Below, in pieces: positions 47,335 to 56,880 of a DNA stretch of 64,000 nt. Source of the DNA: a bacterium. Lineage in GTDB: Bacteria > RBG-13-61-14 > DATKZS01. The position numbers were made by a program, and so were the translations under genes. The stretch is taken from positions 480,001-544,000 of the forward strand of contig CAXXFL010000003.1 in the NCBI GenBank assembly GCA_963674965.2, read 5' to 3'. Within the stretch, counting starts at the first letter, position 1. Each line of letters opens with the position of its first letter. Below the pieces are notes generated by a model. The model made no database searches, was not told the DNA's origin, and saw nothing but the letters and a program-made list of their open reading frames with translations.

Positions 47335-47723
47335 GGGATTTCATCGGCGACAATCAGGCGGGAGAAAATAATTGTCCAATGTTAACGCCGGATTTTGCAT
47401 GAATTTGGTCGAGTACTTGCCTTGTCAGGGGGTTGGACCACCGCGTTGGAAATTGAATGATCCAGTGTATCGAGTCGGGAGATGGCGTTGCATTATGACT
47501 CACATAAGGTATACTTTGACGTGGAATCCGGTTTGCCCAAGCGCGCGCGGGGGGGACTTCTTTCAAGATATCACTTTCAAAAAGACGCGAGCCTGGCCGA
47601 CGGTTTTTACCGTTATTAGCGATATGGGGTAATACACGACTCACAAGGGGCCAAGGCGCCCATTAACGTTTTTTTGAGATTACGGCCGCGCGCGGGAACG
47701 ATGACAAAATCCAGATAAGCGAG

Positions 47724-48950
47724 ATGACCATGGAAAGCCCCAATAAGATCCGGCGAAGCAAGGCGCCCAAGACCCGCGGCAAAATAATTAAAAAAATACT
47801 TTTCACGTTCTGCGCCCTTTTCCTGTTCCTTGCCGTTCTTGATTTTAGCTGCTGGATATATCTTCGCCGGAACTGGTATTTCAAGATTTTTCGGCCCGAT
47901 AATGAGTTGATCTATTCCTTACGTCCCGGCGGAAGTTACTCAAGCCCGATTGGAGGAATGACTCCCGGCCACTGGAAACCGGAAGCCCCCAGGGTCACCG
48001 TCAAAGTAAACCAGGACGGGTATCGTGGAAAGCCCGTTCCTCTCGCCAAGCAACCCGGTGAATTCCGCGTTATCTGCATGGGTGACTCGATCACCATGGG
48101 CCTGGACGTGGAAGAGGATAAAACCTATTGTGCCCTGCTCCAGAAAATGCTTTCCGAAAAAATGCCGGGACGCAAGGTTACCACCATAAACGGAGGCGTT
48201 ATCAGCTATACCTCCAGGCAGGGTATTTACCTGTTTATAAAAAAGTTCCTGGCCTATAAGCCGGACATGGTCATATGGGCCTACGGGTTCAACGACCAGA
48301 GTCCCCTCATTGGACATAAAATACGGGACGTGGACCTTATTCCCATCGCTCCCGGGGCCGAGGCGCCAATTGGGGGCCTGAAAAAGAACGCGATCATGTT
48401 CATCATCCACAGGCCAACCCTATGGATGGCGACGCGCGTGATCGGGAGAGTGATATTGCAGGCAAGGGCCGCTAAATTCATGGAGCGACTGGGACAGATA
48501 GATAAAAGCAAGCTGCCCGCCCCCAAGTCTACCGAGAAATCATTCGAAAACTCCAAGACGCCGCCCGGGGATTTCAGAATACAACTGCTCTATATTAACG
48601 ACCTGGCCCGTGAAAACAACTTCCGCATGGTCGTGCTCCACACCTTCGGAACAAGCGACGTCTATGGCCGGATATCCGAGCGGTTCGCCCGTGAAAACGA
48701 TGTCCCCTATATAGATTTCGCCCAGATTTTCATGTCAAAAAGCATCCTCGCCGGCCAGGGGAAATTCGCCGATCAAGAACCCTATAAATCGATGCTCGAA
48801 CGATACGAACCCTTCATGAACCCCGGCATGCTTGAAAAATGGCCCCTCCACTACCTGACGACCGATAACCTCCATCCAAACGACTTAGGTCACCACCTGA
48901 TCGCCACCGAACTGACCAAGACCATATTGGAGCAAACGCCAAGACGATAG
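47724..48950 (+). CDS. Membrane-anchored SGNH/GDSL hydrolase
   Basis: N-terminal TM; NQDGYRG, CMGDSITMG, INGGV, GFND, DNLHPNDLGH. Confidence 0.92.
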   Translation: MTMESPNKIRRSKAPKTRGKIIKKILFTFCALFLFLAVLDFSCWIYLRRNWYFKIFRPDNELIYSLRPGGSYSSPIGGMTPGHWKPEAPRVTVKVNQDGYRGKPVPLAKQPGEFRVICMGDSITMGLDVEEDKTYCALLQKMLSEKMPGRKVTTINGGVISYTSRQGIYLFIKKFLAYKPDMVIWAYGFNDQSPLIGHKIRDVDLIPIAPGAEAPIGGLKKNAIMFIIHRPTLWMATRVIGRVILQARAAKFMERLGQIDKSKLPAPKSTEKSFENSKTPPGDFRIQLLYINDLARENNFRMVVLHTFGTSDVYGRISERFARENDVPYIDFAQIFMSKSILAGQGKFADQEPYKSMLERYEPFMNPGMLEKWPLHYLTTDNLHPNDLGHHLIATELTKTILEQTPRR

Positions 48951-48967
48951 GAGAAGCCATAATCGAC

Positions 48968-49285
48968 TGGGCTTATTTTTATCACTGAGGTGGAGAACCG
49001 GATCAAGGAAGGCAAGAACGCGCTCGATTGGGACAAGACCGGCCGTCACGGTTCCGACGCCAACCTTGCCCGTTTGAAGATGGGCGTGGCGGCCTGCAAC
49101 CTTGTGCAACTGATCCGGGGGTGGGGGGGCTTTCGGCGAGGAGGTCCGCCACTCGATGGAGTGGCTAATCCTTCGTCTAATCAAGGTGGGGTAAGGACGT
49201 CGTATCATGCCCGGCGGTGGCGCTCGCGTCACTTCGGCCTTTCCGCCGGCACATCACCGCCGGGCGGTTTTCGGTTATGGTCATA
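48968..49285 (+). mobile_element. IS1380-family transposase C-terminal remnant (frameshifted)
   Basis: EVENRIKEGKNALDWDKT...ANLARLKMGVAACNL, then in shifted frames FGEEVRHSMEWLILRLIKVG, SYHARRW and TSAFPPAHHRRAVFG; no N-terminal part. Confidence 0.7.
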
Positions 49286-49318
49286 CCGTTCGTGATCGCT
49301 ATGGGGAAATTATTTAAA

Positions 49319-49348
49319 TTGACAGCGGGGATTGCGGGGTGGTATGTT
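49319..49348 (+). promoter_or_regulatory. Putative sigma-70 promoter
   Basis: TTGACA-18 nt-TATGTT with TG extension, upstream of 49436. Confidence 0.45.
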
Positions 49349-49435
49349 CAAACGGCGTTTTAAGGGAATCAACGCCGCCGTTTTTGTCCGCCAGTTGATC
49401 GAGCAAACGTCCGGAAGACGAGGTCGGCGGGCGAG

Positions 49436-50992
49436 ATGGCGGCTTACCGCGTAATCTCAGACAATTTGACCGGGACGGAAACCATCGTGGACTCCGATAC
49501 GATTAAAGATAAAGAGGGCCCGCGGCTTCGGTGGGCGGCGCTTTTGGTTCCGGCGGTGGTCGGGACCGCGGCCAACCTCTGGCACGGGGCCTTCATCATA
49601 GACGACACCTACATCGGACTCCGTTATATCGAGAACCTGGTCCGGGGCCGGGGGTTCGTGTTCAACCAGGGGGAGGCGGTGCTTTCGATTTCCAGCCCGC
49701 TTTACTGCCTCCTTTTGGCGCTCTTGCGCTGGACGGGCCTGGACCTCGAGTGGAGCGCGGTGTTCTTAAACGTGGTCTTTGTGGCGGTGATGCTGGTCCT
49801 GGTCGGGCTGATCGCGCTCCGGAGCCTAAAACCGCCGCTTACTCTGGCGCTGGGCCTTTTGATCGGTCTTTTTCCGTTGACGTGGTTCACGGCCAATTCC
49901 GGGATGGAGACCGGGATGAGCATGGTCGCGGTTTACGGGACGTTCCTGGCCCTTTTCACCGGCCATTGGTTCTGGGCCGGCGTCGCGGCTAGCGTGGCGG
50001 TGCAGGTCCGGCCGGACGGGGTCCTGCTGATCGGGCTGGCCGCGGCGTACGTCGCGCTCAAGGACCGACGCAAGCTGTGGCAATTCCTGCTCCCGCTCGC
50101 GGTCCTGGCCCTGCCCTGGCTGATCTACGCTACGGCGACCTACGGCTCCCCCATCCCGACCTCGATCATGGCCAAGCGCGCCAACCACGCCACCGCCGCC
50201 CCGGTAATTATAAAACGAATCGGCGGACTTCTCCTGCTGATCTTCCCGATCTCGATTTTCTCCCTGGTCGGGATGATCCGGGCGGCTCGGGAGCGGTCCG
50301 AGCTTCTCTTGATCGCGGCCTGGATGGCGCTGTACATGGCGGGGCTGGTCGCGGCCGGGATTGACCTTCTCCAGTTCATCTGGTATTTCAGCCCGCTGGC
50401 GCCGGGCATGGCGCTCATGGCGGCGTACGGGATTGACGGGCTTGCCGAAAAATGGGCGGCGCGGCGGCCGGCGACCGACCAAAGGCGCCGGACCGCGGGC
50501 CGGGCGGCGCTGATATATTTTATCGCGTTGGCGGCCGTCTTCGGTGCCTTGACCGTTCCGCTAAAACATTTCCTCGTCCTGACCGGCCATGACCGGGTCG
50601 TGAAATACCTCATGATCGGAAAGTGGATCAACGACCACGCCCGGCCGGACGACGTGGTGATGGTGGCCGAGTGCGGGGCCTTGGGCTATATGCTGATGGA
50701 TCATTACGTCCTTGACCAGTCCGGGCTCAACAACCCGGAGGTCTATGAAGTCTGCCGGCCCGGGCCCGCGCCCGGACCCAAGGCCCCCCCGGATTTCCGG
50801 CCCCGATTTCTCACCAGGGAATGCGAGCTCGCGCTCATCAGGGAACGGCGGCCCGATTACATCATGACCTTTGAAATGTTCATGCACGTCGGCGAGCTGG
50901 CCCAGGACCCCTGGTTCCGAAATTCCTACCGCCGCGTTGATCTCGGCGACGATAAGCTCAACTCCTATATCCTACTGGAGAAGGTACGATGA
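49436..50992 (+). CDS. GT-C-like membrane glycosyltransferase (DD-motif, arabinofuranosyltransferase-like)
   Basis: IIDDTYIGLRYIENLVRGRGFVFNQGE, SSPLY, SGMET, RPDG, YGSPIP, GALGY, LDQSGL, RPDYI. Confidence 0.75.
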   Translation: MAAYRVISDNLTGTETIVDSDTIKDKEGPRLRWAALLVPAVVGTAANLWHGAFIIDDTYIGLRYIENLVRGRGFVFNQGEAVLSISSPLYCLLLALLRWTGLDLEWSAVFLNVVFVAVMLVLVGLIALRSLKPPLTLALGLLIGLFPLTWFTANSGMETGMSMVAVYGTFLALFTGHWFWAGVAASVAVQVRPDGVLLIGLAAAYVALKDRRKLWQFLLPLAVLALPWLIYATATYGSPIPTSIMAKRANHATAAPVIIKRIGGLLLLIFPISIFSLVGMIRAARERSELLLIAAWMALYMAGLVAAGIDLLQFIWYFSPLAPGMALMAAYGIDGLAEKWAARRPATDQRRRTAGRAALIYFIALAAVFGALTVPLKHFLVLTGHDRVVKYLMIGKWINDHARPDDVVMVAECGALGYMLMDHYVLDQSGLNNPEVYEVCRPGPAPGPKAPPDFRPRFLTRECELALIRERRPDYIMTFEMFMHVGELAQDPWFRNSYRRVDLGDDKLNSYILLEKVR

Positions 50993-51273
50993 GGCTTGAG
51001 GCGCTAGGCGCGTGAGTGGGGGCGCCCGCGTAAAAAAACTTGTCCGAGAACAATTCTTGAAAATCAAATCCAGCCGGTAACGTAACCGCGCAAACCGAGG
51101 TCCGGACCCGATGAATGGAGATAAGATCGCCAAAAACTCAAAAAAGTCCTTGGACTGACGATATCATGCTCCAGGAGGTGGATGAACTCTTCGACATTGT
51201 CGACCCGATGGAAGATGACGGCGACGACTCCCGATCTCCCCGCCATACCCGCCACGCCGTCATTCTTCGCGCC

Positions 51274-51374
51274 GCGCCTTCGGCGCTTGGGTCCTTTCTT
51301 AACCTCATTCCCAGGGTTCCGGACGCTCCCGCGTCCTCCACTCCTGGGCTGTAGACCTTCGCCCCGTTCGGGGC
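51274..51374. repeat. Multi-hairpin miniature element
   Basis: GCGCC-TTC-GGCGC; CCCAGG..CCTGGG enclosing GGACGC/GCGTCC; GCCCC-GTTC-GGGGC. Confidence 0.5.
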
Positions 51375-51459
51375 TTTGCGGGAGCGACAAGTATAGGTGC
51401 TTTGGCTGGGCGGCGCGGGCCGCGAATAAGACACGGCCGCGAGGAGAGGCGTGGCGGCG

Positions 51460-51631
51460 GGGTGGCCCATCGCAATATTGTCTTCAATATTGCGTTGGCG
51501 GCGAAGCCGCAGGCTGATCGCCTCTGACGCCAATCGTATTGAAAGGCCTTTTTCAAGTGGAGAAGCTAAAAACAATCCGCGCGTAATTTAGGAAATAGCA
51601 ATACTCAGCCAGCGGCTACGCCGGGTCACCC
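51460..51631 (-). repeat. REPIN/MITE-like doublet element, copy C
   Basis: Reverse-complement homologue of 53760-53952; two inverted arms around a ~90-bp spacer. Confidence 0.8.
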
Positions 51632-51636
51632 TCCTG

Positions 51637-52497
51637 TCATCCTTGCATGCTATATAATGTCTTGAACTCTTCTGAAATATTTTCCAATTCTTCCGAATAT
51701 CCTGTTTGAAAAACCCTGTCAAACACTTCAATGACAATAATGATGTATGAAGTGGCTAGGTGAATGGCCATTTCGAATTTCTTCTCATCCTCTGTATTTG
51801 GTTCGATGACAATCTTTAATCCTTCCTTATCGCCCTCCTTAATGTAACTATTCCCCGTATTAACTGTTGCATGTGTAAACTGGCACAAATGGGAGTATAT
51901 AAGATGATAGGCGTTTTCATACCCGACTTCCCTTGCCATTTCAAATATCTTCACTGGACTCCATGCTGACTTGACGGGATAGTTATCTTTAACTCTCTTA
52001 TATTCTGCCTCTTGCCAATCGAGTATCAATTGTTTTTCTGAATCCCCATAGCTATTCACATCCATGCCGTATATCTTATTGTACGCCTGGCGCAGACGGT
52101 TCTTGTGTACGAAATAGTACTCTACAAACAACTTTATTCTGCCGCTAACGTCTTTATCTATATACTCTAATGTAATATAACTTTCCAGGAGAGACCTGAT
52201 AAGGCAATATGAATCTTCGAGAAATCCCTTCTCCAATAAATTTTGGGTTGCCAAACTTGTCTTTAAAGCCTTCCATGTAAGATGGGCGGTTGTTCCCTTC
52301 CAAAGTAATATTTCCTCAGCTTCCTCCTGGTCTTTATCGTCAGCTTCAAGAGTCTGGATGGAAGAGGCGATTTCACAGGACTTTGCCCAAACGCGTTCAT
52401 TGAAATCAAAATACTTCTTAAGGCCAGGGAATGTCTTTCTGGCAGAGAAGTTTTTTAATCCTCCCCAATGTTCGCAAAAGTTATTCGATTTTTTCAC
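51637..52497 (-). CDS. Low-GC helical protein, DUF5677/HEPN-like
   Basis: DSYCLIRSLLESYITLEYI and YSHLCQFTHA motifs; AT-rich codon usage. Confidence 0.65.
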   Translation of the reverse strand: MKKSNNFCEHWGGLKNFSARKTFPGLKKYFDFNERVWAKSCEIASSIQTLEADDKDQEEAEEILLWKGTTAHLTWKALKTSLATQNLLEKGFLEDSYCLIRSLLESYITLEYIDKDVSGRIKLFVEYYFVHKNRLRQAYNKIYGMDVNSYGDSEKQLILDWQEAEYKRVKDNYPVKSAWSPVKIFEMAREVGYENAYHLIYSHLCQFTHATVNTGNSYIKEGDKEGLKIVIEPNTEDEKKFEMAIHLATSYIIIVIEVFDRVFQTGYSEELENISEEFKTLYSMQG

Positions 52498-52537
52498 TTA
52501 GATATTTCTCCATAATATTCGGTTGCCATTTTACTTG

Positions 52538-52730
52538 CGCGGCGACCCATTTTCATAAAATGCATGGGTGGCGCGTCGTTATCTGAGCATTGCATATTTA
52601 AAATCAAGCGTGGATTGTTTTTCACTTCTCTACGTAAAAGAGGGGCTATCATTACGATTGTCGTTATAGGCGATTGGATCGCAACTTGCCGCCTATACGA
52701 TATTGAAGACAATATCGCGTGATGGTCCCC
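52538..52730 (+). repeat. REPIN/MITE-like doublet element, copy A (degenerate)
   Basis: ATAAAATGCATGG, GAGCATTGC, GGATTGTTTTT, ATATTGAAGACAATATCGCG shared with copies B and C. Confidence 0.7.
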
Positions 52731-52752
52731 GCACTCAATGTGGAATATCTGT

Positions 52753-53397
52753 CTATTTTTGATCTTCAGCTTTCGCTTTCTCAGCTTCAGCTTTTGCCTT
52801 ATCAGCTTCAGCTTTTGCCTTATCAGCTTCCGCTTCCGCGATTTTTACTGCGGCCTTAGTTTCGGCGACTATCCTAGCTTGTTCAAGAGCCACTTCAATG
52901 AGTTCTGCCATCTGGTCGTCTTTGATATTTTGATTTGCGCCGATCATACAGAGGTTGAACATGGCCACACTAAGATAAGCCGCCGCTTCATCTTTCTCGG
53001 AAATCTTTGTTACGTTTTCTATTAATTTTCCTTTCGTGGATGCGTCCAAGCCATCAATATCGTTAATTGCTTTAATTGTCGCGCTGGAATCGAACTCAGA
53101 ATCAATAGTTTTAAATACGTCGGCGCCGTATATGCATGCCTTGCCGGCCGAGTAATTAACGATATAAGCAGTCACAGAATCTCCATTGGCGGCATTAATT
53201 TGCGAATTGTTCGTGGGATAGATATAAGCGGCTGAAGTGTCGGGGTTCCAAACGTAAATTTTGTCCACTGGTTCTTTATCGCTTCCCGTTAATTTGACGT
53301 AACTTATTTGAGGTTTAGGTGCTCCAGTTACAAACTCTCTCCAACTACATCCAGCCAGCATGGATAAAAAAGGAAGAAGAATGAATAATCTGTACAT
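52753..53397 (-). CDS. Low-GC lipoprotein with C-terminal AEADKAK repeats
   Basis: AGAGGAG RBS; MYRLFILLPFLSMLAG-C lipobox; three 21-bp tandem units at 52765-52827. Confidence 0.75.
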   Translation of the reverse strand: MYRLFILLPFLSMLAGCSWREFVTGAPKPQISYVKLTGSDKEPVDKIYVWNPDTSAAYIYPTNNSQINAANGDSVTAYIVNYSAGKACIYGADVFKTIDSEFDSSATIKAINDIDGLDASTKGKLIENVTKISEKDEAAAYLSVAMFNLCMIGANQNIKDDQMAELIEVALEQARIVAETKAAVKIAEAEADKAKAEADKAKAEAEKAKAEDQK

Positions 53398-53759
53398 ATC
53401 GTGCTCCTCTCTCGTCATGTTTGATTTCACTGATGAAAACCATAGCGCCAAAGTTCCAAATTAAGTATTATAATGTATTTTATATTCAACACAATACATT
53501 GAAAGAAAAGGGTATATCCCTAAAAACGATGCAATTAAAGATGAACCTGATTGAGGCCGCTGCAAAAATATTAAAATAGGAAATATTTAGAATTTACGAG
53601 AAAGTAGTTACTAGAGTTTTCGGCATCCCGTCTGGATGCATATCCGCATAATTATAGCAAAAAGCCAATTTGCAACGTACTTTAATTATACCATATATAT
53701 TTATACCAAATTAATTAAATGCTGTCAAGCAAAAAGTGAATGACAGGCATTAGTAGCGA

Positions 53760-53952
53760 GGCGGCATGCATCTTTATAAAATGCATGGATGACTTAGCTG
53801 CGAGCAGAGCATTGCTTTTTTCAAAGGCAAGCGGGCAATTTTTTTACCTTCCATTTGAACGGCGCGTTTTCATAACTATCGGCGCTGGAGGCGTTCAGCC
53901 CGCGGCTTCGCCGCCCACGCAATATTGAGGACAATATCGCGATGGGCCACCC
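53760..53952 (+). repeat. REPIN/MITE-like doublet element, copy B
   Basis: Left arm ATGCATGGATGACTTAGCTGCGAGCAG, right arm CAGCCCGCGGCTTCGCCGCCCACGCAATATTGAGGACAATATCGCGATGGGCCACCC. Confidence 0.8.
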
Positions 53953-54158
53953 CGAGGAGAACGGTGGAAAGACGGGGTAGCGAGAGAGGCGCGGCCCTCG
54001 ACCCATCCCGCTTTGCGGGACCCGCGCGGTTTCTACGAAACCGGGCGGGTCACCCCCCTTCCTTTCATCCTGGCCCTTTTCGTTCTATAGTCTGAGTATC
54101 CTGACGCTCGCGGCGTTTTCACTCGCCGCGTCCGCGATCCCTCTTCCTGGAGGCTATT

Positions 54159-55502
54159 ATGAAAATGACCTTTGTCTGGCGCTCGGTTTTCCCGGTTATC
54201 CTGGCCCTTGTCTTTACGGGCTGCACGATCAACGTGGGTCTCAAGAAGAAGCCGCTCGATTTTCAGCCCTCCTCGGCGGCCCCGGAGCGGACCCCGATTT
54301 ACGAGAGCGGCGGCTATATTATCGCCCGGGCCTCGATGCACAACCACACGGTATTCAGCGACGGCTGCCGGGCGCCGGAGGACCTTCTGGCCATGGCCAA
54401 GGACCAGGGCATGGCCATCCTGGCTTACACCGACCACCGGGAGGACAAGATATGCCTGGGCAAAAAGGGCCTGGTCTGCGGCAAGGTCGGCGGGGTCGAG
54501 GCCGCGGGTTACGACGTTTACTACGACAAGCTGCGCGAGATGCAGGCCAAGGGCAGGGACGAGGGAATTATCGTTCTCAAGGGGATCGAGGTCATTCCCC
54601 ATTTCTGGAATTACGGCAAGGCCCCGAACCTGGTGCTGGACGGGCTTCAGCATCACTTCACGGTCTACGGTATCGAGGACCCGGAGATTTTCGAGAACAT
54701 GCCCGTCCGCCGTCAGATGACGCTCGATCCCGAGCCCATTCCGGGGGCCACTCCCTGGCAGGAGTTCGTGGATTATATCGTCGATAACGGCGGCATAGTT
54801 CACGCGGTTCACGTCGAGGCGGGGGAGGACCGCTGGATAGGGCCGGCCCACGGCTTTTGCCCCCCTCCCATCGAGAACCTGCACCGGCTGAAAAGGCTGA
54901 CCGGCTTCTCGGTGCTGCCCGAGGCCTGGCACGAGAAGACCGGCGGCCCGGGCGGCTATTGGGACACGACCCTCATCGAGTACATGGCCGGCGTCCGGGA
55001 GAGGCCCATGTGGGCCATGGCCGACGCGGACTACCATTGCGATGGCAGCCTGGCCATCTCGACCACGTTGATGTACATGCGCGAGCTCACGGAGGACGAG
55101 GTCTACAACTGCCTGCGGGAGGGAAGGATGGTGGCCCTGGCCGGCGACGCCTTCCAGGACTCGTACGTTTCCGAGTGGTCCGTTTCCGGCCCGGGCGGCC
55201 CGAGGTCACCCCTCATGTCGGGCGAGGAGATCAAGCTGAAAGGGACGCCTCAAGTCCGGTTCTCCCTCGATCGGCCGGTCGAGGGATGCGTGACCCGGCT
55301 GATACGAAACGGCGTGGTGGTCGAGGAGACCGAGGGCGCCGAGCTGACCTTTGCGGACGCCGAGCTGGCCGCCGTTCCCATGCCCGCCTTTTACCGGGTC
55401 CAGGTGGTGGGACCGGTGGCGGACAGGGGCTACTATGAGGGCGACACCATCAACGCGAGCCTTCTTTTCACCAACCCCATATTCGTCCGCTTCGAAAGGT
55501 AA
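54159..55502 (+). CDS. PHP-domain lipoprotein, paralogue 1
   Basis: GGAGG RBS; LVFTG-C lipobox; HNHTVFSDG, YTDHRE, KGIEV, HAVH, DADYH, FTNPIFV. Confidence 0.82.
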   Translation: MKMTFVWRSVFPVILALVFTGCTINVGLKKKPLDFQPSSAAPERTPIYESGGYIIARASMHNHTVFSDGCRAPEDLLAMAKDQGMAILAYTDHREDKICLGKKGLVCGKVGGVEAAGYDVYYDKLREMQAKGRDEGIIVLKGIEVIPHFWNYGKAPNLVLDGLQHHFTVYGIEDPEIFENMPVRRQMTLDPEPIPGATPWQEFVDYIVDNGGIVHAVHVEAGEDRWIGPAHGFCPPPIENLHRLKRLTGFSVLPEAWHEKTGGPGGYWDTTLIEYMAGVRERPMWAMADADYHCDGSLAISTTLMYMRELTEDEVYNCLREGRMVALAGDAFQDSYVSEWSVSGPGGPRSPLMSGEEIKLKGTPQVRFSLDRPVEGCVTRLIRNGVVVEETEGAELTFADAELAAVPMPAFYRVQVVGPVADRGYYEGDTINASLLFTNPIFVRFER

Positions 55503-55514
55503 GGGGGGATTGAG

Positions 55515-56870
55515 ATGAAGACGGCGGGAAGTCTTGGTTTTAGAGGGGCCGCGATGGCGGCGCTTTGGATTCTGGCGGCGGGCTGCAACCTCGGGGTCTT
55601 CAACAAGGACCCGGTCCCGCTCGGTCCTCCCCCGTCCGAGCCCGAGAGGACGCCGATCTACGAGGACGCGAGCTATATCATCGCCCGGGCGTCCCTTCAC
55701 AACCACACCACCTTCAGCGACGGCTGCCGCGCGCCGGAGGACCTGCTCGAGCTGGCCGAGCGCCAGGGCATGGCCATCCTTTCCTACACGGACCACCGGG
55801 AGGGGACCTTTTGCATGGGCTCGGGCTCGAGGTTTTGCGTAAAGGCCGGCGGGGTCGAGGACGTGGGATACGACGTTTACTACGAGCGTCTTCGGGAGAT
55901 ACAGGGCATGGCCCTTGACCGGGGCATGATCGTGACCAAGGGGGTCGAGGTTTCTCCTCCCTGGATGTACAACCGGGGCAAGGCGCCCGGCTTCATGCTG
56001 GAGGGGCAGAACCGGCACTTCACCGTCTACAACGTGGAGGACCCGGAGATACTGGCCAACATGCCCGTGAGGAACCAGCTCACCTTCAAGCCCGAGCCCA
56101 TGAGCGACGTATGGGGACCGCTCCAGGAGTTCGTGGATTACCTGGACGAGAGGGACGCCATAGTTCACGCGGTCCACGTCGAGTCCGACCAGGACGACTG
56201 GTACGGCCCGGTGCACCTGATTACCCAGGCCCCCGTTTACAGCGCCATGCTCGAGCGCGTCACCTGTTTCTCGGTGCTGCCCGAGGCCTGGGAATACGTG
56301 GGCCGGCCGGGCGGCATATGGGACTCGGTCCTGCTCGAGTACCAGGCCGGAACGCGGGACCGCCCCCTTTGGGCCGCGGCCGACGCGGACTACCACGGAC
56401 CGAGGAGTAGCCTGGCCCGGGCGACAACCTTGTTCTACATGAAGGAGTTCACCGAGGCGGAAGTCTACAACTGCATGAGGGAAGGACGCATGGCGGCCCT
56501 CTCAGGCGACGCCTTCCAGGACGTCTACGTTTCCAGGTGGAACGTCTCGGACGGCGGGGTCCCGGCGGACGATGTCATGCTGGGACGTAGTCTGACCTTG
56601 AGCCGGGCGCCCAGAATCAGGTTCTCCCTGAACAAGCCAGTGGACGGGTGCGTGACCCTACTTGTAAGGAATGGTGTCGTCATTTCCGAGACCCCCGGCG
56701 TGGAGATTGATTACGTGGACGAGGAACGGGGATCGAGCCGGGAGCCGGCCTATTACCGCGTCGAGGTGCGAGGGCCCGCGGCCGGCCGGGAGTACTACGA
56801 GGGAGACACCATACCCGAGAGCGAGCTTTTCGTGAACCCCATCTTCGTCAAGTTCGGTCCAAGACCGTAA
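55515..56870 (+). CDS. PHP-domain lipoprotein, paralogue 2
   Basis: LAAG-C lipobox; HNHTTFSDG, YTDHRE, KGVEV, HAVH, DADYH, FVNPIFV. Confidence 0.82.
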   Translation: MKTAGSLGFRGAAMAALWILAAGCNLGVFNKDPVPLGPPPSEPERTPIYEDASYIIARASLHNHTTFSDGCRAPEDLLELAERQGMAILSYTDHREGTFCMGSGSRFCVKAGGVEDVGYDVYYERLREIQGMALDRGMIVTKGVEVSPPWMYNRGKAPGFMLEGQNRHFTVYNVEDPEILANMPVRNQLTFKPEPMSDVWGPLQEFVDYLDERDAIVHAVHVESDQDDWYGPVHLITQAPVYSAMLERVTCFSVLPEAWEYVGRPGGIWDSVLLEYQAGTRDRPLWAAADADYHGPRSSLARATTLFYMKEFTEAEVYNCMREGRMAALSGDAFQDVYVSRWNVSDGGVPADDVMLGRSLTLSRAPRIRFSLNKPVDGCVTLLVRNGVVISETPGVEIDYVDEERGSSREPAYYRVEVRGPAAGREYYEGDTIPESELFVNPIFVKFGPRP

Positions 56871-56880
56871 GGGAAGAAAA

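Noticed and set aside
47354-47644. Overlapping short ORFs on both strands
   Set aside because: No RBS, motif or codon bias supports either
51064-51354. Short ORFs downstream of the GT-C gene
   Set aside because: They run into hairpin repeats; possibly a gene relic, but nothing recognisable
51460-53952. Repeats as integron attC sites
   Set aside because: No RYYYAAC/GTTRRRY cores, mixed orientation, and no integrase in the window
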